In this document: piece after piece, positions 1 to 8,800 of the stretch | Layout of the letters: each line of letters opens with the position of its first letter | Numbering within the stretch: position 1 is the first letter of the stretch | From: a virus | Lineage: Duplodnaviria > Caudoviricetes | Length of the DNA stretch: 53,796 nucleotides | Virus record (IMG/VR): IMGVR_UViG_3300027969_000133 | Span: 1 to 53,796 of that record | Reading direction: 5' to 3' (one strand) | Translations under genes and position numbers: made by a program | Notes under the pieces: model-generated | What the model saw: only the letters and a program-made list of their open reading frames with translations | Told to the model about the DNA's origin: nothing | Databases searched by the model: none

Positions 1-624
1 GTTCTAAGAAGCAATAACTTCTTGGTCGATTTCAGCAGTAATTTCTTGTGCTAGAGCAGCCATGATTTCTGCTTCGATGTCAATGCCTTGTTGGGCTTGT
101 GCATCTTGAGCAGCTTCAAACGTCCAACGAGCTGACAACTTGCGTGTCTTAGCTTCGACGGTTTGTTTCAAGATTTGGATGCTCATTCTGTTACCAGCTA
201 CACCTTCAAGAGCGGCTGTAGAAGCAGCTCTGTCAGTAGCAGCAGCACCAGAGTAGCCTTCAGCAATCTTGAATGGGCTTAGTGCTTCATCACCAGCAGT
301 TACATCAGTACCTGATGCGCTGTTGAATGTGTCAGCGTAACGCACACGCAATGTGTGAATTTGACCAACTGGGCCAGTCATTGGCTGGACACCTACCAAC
401 TCGTTAGCGATAACGGTTGGCATTACACGTCTGATGACGGGTAGAATAACACGGTTAAGTGTTGCAACGTTGCCAGCGGAAGTAGCTCCAGCAGTAGCAC
501 TTTCTGCGAGATACTTGCGGGTATTCTCTAGAGTAGTTGCCATTACTGAACGCTTGTTACCTTGTAGACCTTCTAATAGGGCCTCTTTGGTCTCCGACCA
601 GCGTGACTCGAGTAATTGTGACAT
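1..624 (-). CDS. gp23: Major capsid protein (T4 gp23-like), N-terminal part; truncated at the window edge
   Basis: Motifs RRVMPTVIANELVGVQPMTGPVGQI, KQTVEAKTRKLSARWTFEAAQD and LAQEITAEIDQEVI are typical of gp23. Follows gp21-gp22; GGAG RBS upstream. The TAG at 4-6 is suspect (see findings). Confidence 0.95.
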
Positions 625-635
625 AGTAGTTCTCC

Positions 636-1733
636 TTAAACTTTTAGTCCCGCAAGCCTGCGGATGTCAAAAATTTCAGCAGTTTTTTCTTCACTGCTAA
701 ATTGTTGTGCCTGTTTCTTATCGCCTGTAATTTCTTTGCCTTCGGTCAACGCTTTCTTGACTGGCGCATTGCCACCGTTCATTACTGAAGGAATATACTT
801 GTCATAAGCATTTCTTAATTTGTCTGTCTGAACTGATTCTAACAGTTCACGCATAACTACTTTCTTGTCGCCAGATAATGGGTTTAGCAATTCGCTCATA
901 ACTTCTTTGCGTGCCATTGTGTCTTTTGCTGTGCGTAGTTGTGCTTCACGACTTTCTACTAACTTTTGTGTATCTGCAACGATTTTTGCTGCTTCTTCTA
1001 ATTCCTGTTCTCTTTGAACAAGTACTTTTAGAAGTTTAGCTGTCTCTGATTTCTCATTAAGATGGCTAGCTGCATATTCGCTTGCGAAACTCTCGAATAT
1101 TCTGCGACCAAAGTCATTTCTGCGGGCTGCTTCAATGTCTTCCTTCAATTGTTTCATTTCAGACTTTAGTCCTTTAGAGACTGTTTCTTCAATGATTTGA
1201 CTTGAACGAGCAATGAAATCTTTCTTGATAGCTTCAAACTTAGCTTTGCTTTCGCGAACCAATTTAACTTTGGTTTCAGCTAGGTCTTTCTTATCGCTGT
1301 GGAATTCTGCGATTTCTTTCGCCAGTGCGTCCACAATAAAAGATTCTAATTGACTAACATTTCCTGCTACCTTTGAACGGTCTTCGTGTAGTTCAGCAAT
1401 TTCTTTACGCAGATTGTTCATGATAAAAGATTCCATTGTAGCGGAATCTTGATTCATTTTTTCTGCATAACGAGCTCTTGCTTCGATTAGTCCTTGACGG
1501 TCTTCGGCTAGTTCACCTAGTTCAGCTGACAAGCGGTCAGCCAACATAGATTCAACAGCTTCTACCAATGAGGATTTATCGTGCTCATACTTCTGAGCAA
1601 ATTCTTCACGTAGCATTGCAGTGACTTGTTCACGGTTTTCTTCGATTCTGCCTTGCCAGGCAGACTCAATTTCCGATTTCATATCTTCGGAAATCACATT
1701 GTCTTCAAACAATTTTTTAACGAAATCTAGCAT
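636..1733 (-). CDS. gp22: Prohead core scaffold protein (gp22-like)
   Basis: Long acidic coiled-coil protein between the protease and major capsid genes, as in T4 gene order; AGGAG RBS. Confidence 0.85.
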   Translation of the reverse strand: MLDFVKKLFEDNVISEDMKSEIESAWQGRIEENREQVTAMLREEFAQKYEHDKSSLVEAVESMLADRLSAELGELAEDRQGLIEARARYAEKMNQDSATMESFIMNNLRKEIAELHEDRSKVAGNVSQLESFIVDALAKEIAEFHSDKKDLAETKVKLVRESKAKFEAIKKDFIARSSQIIEETVSKGLKSEMKQLKEDIEAARRNDFGRRIFESFASEYAASHLNEKSETAKLLKVLVQREQELEEAAKIVADTQKLVESREAQLRTAKDTMARKEVMSELLNPLSGDKKVVMRELLESVQTDKLRNAYDKYIPSVMNGGNAPVKKALTEGKEITGDKKQAQQFSSEEKTAEIFDIRRLAGLKV

Positions 1734-1748
1734 GTGATTCTCCTACTG

Positions 1749-2375
1749 TTATTTGAGACCCTTGATGATCTTCACCAAGCTCTCTGCTATGTATTTCTGT
1801 GCCTTTGGGTTGCCTTGAACTTCTTTTGATAGATTTAATGCGTTATTTCCACCTAATGTATTCATTAAATGTTCGTATACTGGTGTTGGATAAGCTCCCG
1901 GGGCGCTAGGTTGTGCCACAACATCCACTGTGATAATTTCAAAACCTTGTACGTTTCCGGATCCATCTACTTCACCAGAACCTCTGCTTGAAACTCCCAA
2001 CTTGACTCCCGCTTCCAACATGGACTGAATTAACTGTCCCATTGGAGTTGGGAGTATTTTTAGTTTTCCGTAGCCGTTAGGACCATCCATCCACATCTTG
2101 GTAATCATGTGACTAACACGATCTAGATTGATTTTTAAATCCTGAGGGTGATCAACTTCTCCTAGTACGGAGTATCCGCCAGAGATTTGTTCGTTAAGCG
2201 TTTTGACAGCCTTGCCAATCTCTTGCGAAGAATAAATACGTTGATTTGCATTACGGATATCACCCTGAATGCAAATCCCGTTTAGATGCAGCGACTTCTT
2301 GCCGCCGACATCCTCGCTCTCCAACACAATCTTGGCCTGGTCGAAACTCAAATGTTCACTAAGAGTATGCTTCAC
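1749..2375 (-). CDS. gp21: Prohead maturation protease (gp21-like)
   Basis: Motifs GDIRNANQRIY, LGEVDHP, GVSSRGSG and DVVAQPSAPGA; GTG start. Confidence 0.95.
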   Translation of the reverse strand: MKHTLSEHLSFDQAKIVLESEDVGGKKSLHLNGICIQGDIRNANQRIYSSQEIGKAVKTLNEQISGGYSVLGEVDHPQDLKINLDRVSHMITKMWMDGPNGYGKLKILPTPMGQLIQSMLEAGVKLGVSSRGSGEVDGSGNVQGFEIITVDVVAQPSAPGAYPTPVYEHLMNTLGGNNALNLSKEVQGNPKAQKYIAESLVKIIKGLK

Positions 2376-2387
2376 CTTGTCGTCCTA

Positions 2388-3236
2388 TTATCTACGACCA
2401 CGGAAAAGACCTGCGGCGCCTTTGTCTGCAGATTCTTTAGAACCAGCTTTCTCAGCACCGTGTCCTGGTTCTTTAGTAGAGAATGCATTACCATTCTTAG
2501 CACCAGGAGTATTTACATTACCACCGTCTTGCAACTGTGGCTTACCTTTTAACAAGCTAGAACCTTTTACTGTACTACCTGCACCTGGGTAACCGCCGTC
2601 TTGGCCGTTTTTGCCACCTAAGATGTTAGCACTTGTTCCGCCCATATCATTCTTTTGAAACTTTAGACCAGTTGCAGAACCGTCAGCTTTTTCGCCTTGG
2701 CCTTTCTTTTCTGCGCCGTGACCTGCTGGAACTTTCTCAACATACTCACGAACTGTTGCTAGATCAAAACCGTCTTTCATTTCTTCGTCACCGCCCATGC
2801 CGCCCATGTCGTCACCGCCCATGTCGTCACCGTTCATTGCATCAAACTTAGCTTGTAATTCGTCAACGATACTGTCTAAGTCTTGAAATAGTTCTTCAGG
2901 ATCTTTGTCAGCAAACTCGTCACCTTCTTCTGGTCCCATTTCACCAGCTAGGTCATCGGTAGCATCACCACCAAAGCCGCCTTCTTCGTCATCACCTTCG
3001 TAGGCAATATCTTCAAAGTTTTCGTCTAGGTCGTCTTCGCCTTCTTCTTTTTCTTCTTCAGAAGCTTCGTCAACTTCTTCTTCTTTTTCTTCGTCATCCA
3101 TTTCAGCTTCGATTAGTTGCTCATAGATTTCGCGAGATTTAGATACCACATACTCGTGGAATAATTCTTCTGCTTTTTGTTTGTCGTCATTGACCAGATG
3201 TCCAAGCATCTGCTCAAGTATATTTTTATCTGCCAT
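2388..3236 (-). CDS. Acidic low-complexity prohead core/internal protein (positional gp67/gp68 analogue)
   Basis: Very E/D-rich N-half and G/K-rich C-half; directly upstream of gp21; contains several (L/I/V)xE sites; AGGAG RBS. Confidence 0.6.
   Translation of the reverse strand: MADKNILEQMLGHLVNDDKQKAEELFHEYVVSKSREIYEQLIEAEMDDEEKEEEVDEASEEEKEEGEDDLDENFEDIAYEGDDEEGGFGGDATDDLAGEMGPEEGDEFADKDPEELFQDLDSIVDELQAKFDAMNGDDMGGDDMGGMGGDEEMKDGFDLATVREYVEKVPAGHGAEKKGQGEKADGSATGLKFQKNDMGGTSANILGGKNGQDGGYPGAGSTVKGSSLLKGKPQLQDGGNVNTPGAKNGNAFSTKEPGHGAEKAGSKESADKGAAGLFRGRR
2791..2832. repeat. Short coding tandem repeat encoding GGDDM/GGM
   Basis: ccgcccatg and ccgcccatgtcgtca units repeated inside the acidic core gene. 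Confidence 0.7.
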
Positions 3237-3268
3237 AGCGTATTCTCCTTGATTGTTAGGCTGTAAGT

Positions 3269-3275
3269 TATTTAC
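3269..3275 (-). promoter_or_regulatory. Candidate late promoter (GTAAATA) for the core/protease/scaffold/capsid genes
   Basis: TAAATA core in the short intergenic gap upstream of 3236; matches the T4 late consensus TATAAATA. Confidence 0.6.
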
Positions 3276-3296
3276 TACGCATTTAAAAAAATGGTG

Positions 3297-3947
3297 TTAA
3301 ATGATAGTTTTTTGATGATTTTCGGTAGTATAAGTACTACCCTTGAATTTTTGTTCGAAGTTATCGTAAGTGATATGCTGAAGGTTGGGAATGCCTTGCA
3401 GCTTGTCTGGAACAAATTGTCCCGGTTCCATTACTCTAAAGAAGTTGATATTCTTGAATTCTTTAACGGTTTTTTCAGTTTGACTTAACCAGTTGCCAAA
3501 GAATGTTGCAGCATCATGGCTCTTTTTATAGTTAAAAGTGTCTGCATATACATTGTTAAACTTGCCTTCTAGCCCTTGATAGTCAAATCCAAAAATATAG
3601 ATCTGCGAGTATGCTTGTTGACAAGCAAACCAAAGTGCTGTAGGGCCACTGCTCCAGCCCTTGTGGGGGCTAAAGAAGTTTACATTGCTCTTGCTAGTAA
3701 TGCCTTTGTTGGGATTTGTCCAAACTTGATGGGCGGTATGATATCCTGCGGCAATGATTTCGTTGACCATTTTGGTATCAACTGCTATTAGATAGTCAGG
3801 TTCAAACTCTCTGTACAGGGCATTGCACCCATAGACAGTTCCACGATTTTTTATTTCGTTTAGGTTTAGGTTTTTTCTGCTTGTTCCGTTACCTAGTACA
3901 AAGGCAACATTATGCGGCTGGCTGTTCTGCTTCAACTTTTGCACCAT
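3297..3947 (-). CDS. Rossmann-like protein resembling MAF_flag10/DUF115 or sialyltransferase-like folds
   Basis: Motif series AFVLGNGTSR, YGCNALYR, PDYLIAVD, SSGPTAL, IYIFGFD. Start uncertain (ATG 3947 or TTG 3935); overlaps the upstream gene. Confidence 0.6.
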   Translation of the reverse strand: MVQKLKQNSQPHNVAFVLGNGTSRKNLNLNEIKNRGTVYGCNALYREFEPDYLIAVDTKMVNEIIAAGYHTAHQVWTNPNKGITSKSNVNFFSPHKGWSSGPTALWFACQQAYSQIYIFGFDYQGLEGKFNNVYADTFNYKKSHDAATFFGNWLSQTEKTVKEFKNINFFRVMEPGQFVPDKLQGIPNLQHITYDNFEQKFKGSTYTTENHQKTII

Positions 3948-4158
3948 ACATCTGTTTAATAAAACCACGCTCAGACTCTGTTTCAAACTCATGCGCTTCA
4001 GTTTGATGTCTTAGCTGATTAATTTGACGAAGTGTAAGTTTGATCTTACGAGTGTCATCTTTTTCTAATACAGATTTGTCGCGAGAGGCATCATAGCGAC
4101 GATCGTTGGCAAAATCGTTGTGGTTATCGTTGAAATAAAAGAACTCTCTTAGAAGCAT
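3910..4158 (-). CDS. Small hypothetical head-module protein (MLLREFF...)
   Basis: ATG at 4158 follows a perfect TATAAATA; the longer ORF-track start would overlap the portal gene. Confidence 0.7.
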   Translation of the reverse strand: MLLREFFYFNDNHNDFANDRRYDASRDKSVLEKDDTRKIKLTLRQINQLRHQTEAHEFETESERGFIKQMYGAKVEAEQPAA

Positions 4159-4163
4159 ATCTG

Positions 4164-4171
4164 TATTTATA
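4164..4171 (-). promoter_or_regulatory. T4-type late promoter TATAAATA
   Basis: Exact consensus between the portal stop and the next ATG. Confidence 0.8.
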
Positions 4172-4174
4172 TCT

Positions 4175-5878
4175 TTAGGCTGCTGGAGCGGCCGCTGGTG
4201 CTGCTTCGCCTTCTGCTGGTACTGCACCCGCTTCTGCGGCTGCTGCCATATCTGGTTCAGCTTCGGGCTCTTGTGCTTCCGCGCCCATGCCGCCCGGTGT
4301 AATACCCACTGAGCGCATAGCTCCTCCGGCGTCCATTGGAGCAGCTAGATTATCACCTTGCTCTTCTCTCCATAGGCGTTCGTTTTCTTTGATCTCTTCT
4401 TCTGTGAGTCCCAAGAAACGCTTGAGTGCAAAACGCTTGCTCAAGTGTGGCAATTCTTGTAGTGTAGCAAATGTGGCTGCACGAGCAGTATCCATTTCAG
4501 CTTGACGATAAGCAGCAAAGTTTTGAGGGGTATTAAACTTCAACTCAAACAAACTGCTGTCAATGTTCATGCCGTTGTTATGTAACCATAACTTAAATTC
4601 TAAGTCAAATGTTTCTACAATTAAGCTCTGTAGGCGTTTGCAGTACTCGTTAAAACGCAGTTCTTGAATGTAAGCTGTACCAACTTTACCGTCAGCAATG
4701 GTGTTGGCTGCTTCGTCAATGCCTGTTGGCAAGTAGGCTGCTGGAATTCTCAGCGCACGGAATAACTTATTGGTAAAGTAACGCAGGTCAGTAATCTCAC
4801 CTAGATTAGTACCGCCTGGTAGTGTTTCAACTTTACTTCCTCGTCCTTCTGCTGTTTGCGGGAAGAAGTAGTCTTCCGATACTGACAACGGATTGTAACT
4901 GGCATCAACCATATTTTGGCCGCCACCTGTTGAGCTAGGAATTCTTCGTTGGTGGATTTCATTTTTAACACGCTCAACAAAGGCCATGGCCATGTGCGCT
5001 GGCATGTTACCTACATCTACATAGAATATTCTACGCTCCGGAGCTCGTTGTATACGATAGATGATAATCGCATCTTCTAGTAGCTCTTTCTGTTTGTAGA
5101 CTTTAAACACGCTTTCTAACAAACTATTACCAAAAGGGTAGTTGTTGTCAAGACCTTCGCTTAATGAAATATGTACAACATTTTTAGCATCAATAGTAAC
5201 TTCGTTAGTTTGATTATGAAAACGAGTGCCCGGAGGTTGTGCTGCGCCACCAACCATACCACGGCCTTGACTGCCACCACTGGTATAGCTACTTGTACCG
5301 CTAGGTGCTGTATTAGTTGTACCGTGTGGAGTTACTGCTACTAGGTTTTTAAAGTTAAAATTAATATCGCGGATAACATACTGCTCAGGAATCTTACCTT
5401 CACTTTCGTTTACAATAATTTTTGTAACTTTGGCTGCATCAACATACAACCACTTTTGAGTTTCTGGATCTCTAACAAAGAAACAGTCACCGTATTTGAA
5501 TGTGTTACGAATAATACGGAAAATACGAGTTTCAAATTGTTGACTTTTAGTCCACTTCTGTAGACTTTCTTTAATCAGTTTAACTTCTGTAGCTGTTGGT
5601 TGTCCGCGAAAAAATGTATGGAACGGTGTAGCATTCTCTTTGTCTTTTTGTGTGCAGAACTCTGCTAGAATATCCAAAGCAGCATTAACTTCGCTGTCCA
5701 TATCCATAGTATCGTATTGCATATAACGCTCAACACGATTCGGTGCTCCTGCATAAACATCGGGTAAGAACGAACTGTAGTTTGCTCGTGCAGGACCTGG
5801 GCGACCGCCATTGCCCATAGGGCTCATAGACTTTCTGTTTTCAAGATCTACAGGAGTAAAATATTTTTTCCAGCTCAT
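4175..5878 (-). CDS. gp20: Portal vertex protein (gp20)
   Basis: Motifs LEDAIIIYRIQRAPERRIFYVDVGNMP, EDYFFP, GSKVETLPGG and DLRYFTNKLFRALRIP. Confidence 0.97.
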   Translation of the reverse strand: MSWKKYFTPVDLENRKSMSPMGNGGRPGPARANYSSFLPDVYAGAPNRVERYMQYDTMDMDSEVNAALDILAEFCTQKDKENATPFHTFFRGQPTATEVKLIKESLQKWTKSQQFETRIFRIIRNTFKYGDCFFVRDPETQKWLYVDAAKVTKIIVNESEGKIPEQYVIRDINFNFKNLVAVTPHGTTNTAPSGTSSYTSGGSQGRGMVGGAAQPPGTRFHNQTNEVTIDAKNVVHISLSEGLDNNYPFGNSLLESVFKVYKQKELLEDAIIIYRIQRAPERRIFYVDVGNMPAHMAMAFVERVKNEIHQRRIPSSTGGGQNMVDASYNPLSVSEDYFFPQTAEGRGSKVETLPGGTNLGEITDLRYFTNKLFRALRIPAAYLPTGIDEAANTIADGKVGTAYIQELRFNEYCKRLQSLIVETFDLEFKLWLHNNGMNIDSSLFELKFNTPQNFAAYRQAEMDTARAATFATLQELPHLSKRFALKRFLGLTEEEIKENERLWREEQGDNLAAPMDAGGAMRSVGITPGGMGAEAQEPEAEPDMAAAAEAGAVPAEGEAAPAAAPAA

Positions 5879-5892
5879 TTATAGTTCCATTT

Positions 5893-8800
5893 TTAAGCGA
5901 ACAAGTCGCCGCTTAGGCTGCTTTGTACACTTAGTTGTTTTTCGTTCAAGTCTGCTGTCTTTCTGCTAATTGCAATTAATTCAGCTAGTGCTGTATTTAA
6001 GTCAGATGACCCGGATAGCGCACCTTCTTGGTTTGAAGTTTGTGCCACGGCTTCTTTAAATTTGGCATCTTTTTCTGCCATTTCTTTTTCTTTGGCTGCG
6101 GCTTTTTCTGCTGCGGCTTTTTCTGCTTGAGCGATAATTTCAGCTTTTGGAGTTTCGAAAGCTGCTGAACTGTTTACATCTTTGGGCTGTACTGCCTGAC
6201 TAGATTTTGTTAAGTCTATCTTTGACATGTCCGATATTGAAGCTAACGGACTTTCAAGCATCTTGGCCATTGCTACATACGACTTTCCTGCTTCTGCATC
6301 ATACATTCCTCTTGTTTTATTTTGTGCAAGAGAAGTTTGTATTTCAGAAGATTTTGACAAATCTTTAGCAGCACTTAACAACTCGCCGGTTCCTGGATCC
6401 CGTGCTTGCAACATTTTAGCCTGAGCTTCAGCTGTTGCTTTAACTAACTCTTCTCCCGGACTTAGACTTTCTTTTGCTGGAACTTCTCCCTTCAAAGGCG
6501 TTTTTATCTGTATTCCACTAGACATAACAGATTGGAACGGTTTAATTCCTTTGTTGATCAATTCTTGGAATGCTATTGTAGTAGGAGTGATGCCGTCTCT
6601 AATTAGGCTCTGTAGAGTTTCTTCACGTTTAGGCTCTGCCGGAGTTGTTGCTGTAACTGGTTTAGTTTCCACTGGTTTAGCTTCAGTGGTTCTATCTGTC
6701 CGTCTTGGATCTGTTGCAGCGGCATCGGCTCTTGCTTTATCAGCTTTTGCTTTTTCTGCTGCCGCTGCTTTTTCTTTTTCGGCAGCTGATAATTCTGGTT
6801 TAGGAATATTAGCAGTTGCTGACGGAGGAGCTGTGACTTTACCTTCGGCACCTTTGGCCATGGCTGTCATGTCTGTGCCAAACAGTTTAACACCCTTGGC
6901 TTCTTTCCTCTTAAAATATTCTTCAGGGTCAGTCATTGTAACACCCTTGCCGCCTTGCGATTCAGAAATCATTAGCTTACCGGTCTTAGGATCTTTAACT
7001 GTTTGTGTAATGTGATCAATACCTTTATAACGGCCAGCATCCCAACCTTTTGCTCCGTTGTCTTCACCGATCAACATGCCTTCTTTAAGATTCTTTCTAA
7101 TGTCTTTACTGCCTTCTAGCATACCACCGCCAGCCGCTGATACATTTTTAATAATGTCAGCCGCACTGCCTTGGAAGGCTTTCTTGGCTTCTTTACCGTA
7201 GATCTCTTTACCAGCTTCTTTGTTGATAGAATTCATCATGTTGGTATTGATGTTGGCAATCCAACCCGAACAATCAATAGCACCCGTCTTAAGATCTTTA
7301 GAACCAAATCCGTACTTGATACCTTTGTTGATAGCATCTTGTGTCTGTTGATATAAGTTACCAACTCCTTCAGTGACCGCAGCTTTATCAACTGTTGGGG
7401 TTCCTGTGGATGTCGCCGGTGCCGTTGTTCCAGAGGTAGAGGGAGGAGTTCCTGCTGAAACAGCACCAGGATCTTTACCTTGTTTAGCTAGAGTCATTCT
7501 TTCAGCTGCTTTTTTAACAACTTCATCTGCCTCTTGATTTGCTTTATTAGCTTTGCCTAACCTTTCTTCAGCAGCTTTCATTCTTTCTTCAGCAGCCTTT
7601 CTTTCCATATCGTTAGTGGCTTTTCCGTTTTGTTCAACGGCTTTGGCATACTCTTGACTTGCTAGAGCAAGATCACTTCGAGCTTTATCTTTGTCATCAA
7701 GTGCTTTGGCTTCTTGGGTAAACGCTGATTTTTGCTGATTGGCAAAAGTCTTGAGCATCTGAATAGGATCACTCTTATCTATAGTAACACCCTTGGCTTC
7801 TTCTGCGGCTGCTTTTTCTCTTTCTGCTTTTGCATCAATTGCACCTAGTTCAGCATTTTCTTTATTCTTAATTGCATCTTGTTCGCGTCTTGCTTTACGA
7901 GCAGCTCTTTCTTCTTCTCGCTTGGCTGCTTTTTCATCTCTAGCAACGGCATTAGCATCACCTTGCGCTTCTTGAGCTTGTCGTTCAGCTTCTGCTTTCT
8001 TTTTGTCAGCGGCTTCTTTGTCGGCATCGGCTTTTTGTTGGTCTAGATTTGCTTTACGGCGTTTAGCCATATCATCTTCTAGCTTGGCACGATTATCTTC
8101 ATTCTCTTTTAATTTTTCTCCGATGCCTTGAATATCTTTGTCAAAGTCACCTCGCATACCGGGAATCTTATTAAGTAAAGAATAAATTCCAAGTTGTAAT
8201 TTTAAGAACAAAGTGTTAACCCAACTTCCTGCCCACTTCATAGCATCGGCTAATATTGTTAAGTCACCACCTAACTTTTTAAATCCCCAGGCTAGTCCTG
8301 CTATAGCAATTGCCGCTAGTGCTAGTGGAGCATTAACTGCAAGAAATGATACCGATGTCATTATTGCTCTAGCGGCCATCATAGTTAATGATCCTACAAA
8401 CTGTACTGCTGCTATACCAACACTAACCGCAGTTTTCATTAATGACCAAGTTGCAGAGGCCAGCCCTACAACAAAACTACCAATAGGGGCCAACATAGAT
8501 AACATTGCTGCACCAAATGCTACTACCTTGGCTACAATTACTGCGCCCATTAATACACCAAAGCCTAACAAGATAGGTTGTAAGTTATCTTCAATAAAGT
8601 AAGAAATGTCGTATAAGATTTCTTCAAATGTTCCCAGTCCATCGCCAACATCATCTGTTATACCTAACATCTTTGTAAAGCTGCCAATCGTCTCGCTGAT
8701 AATTGACCACGCTTGTTTAAAGATTGGTACAATGGCATCTCGTACCCAGATGCCTAAAATATTAAATGCAGGTATTACAGTTGACTGCATAAACTCGCCT

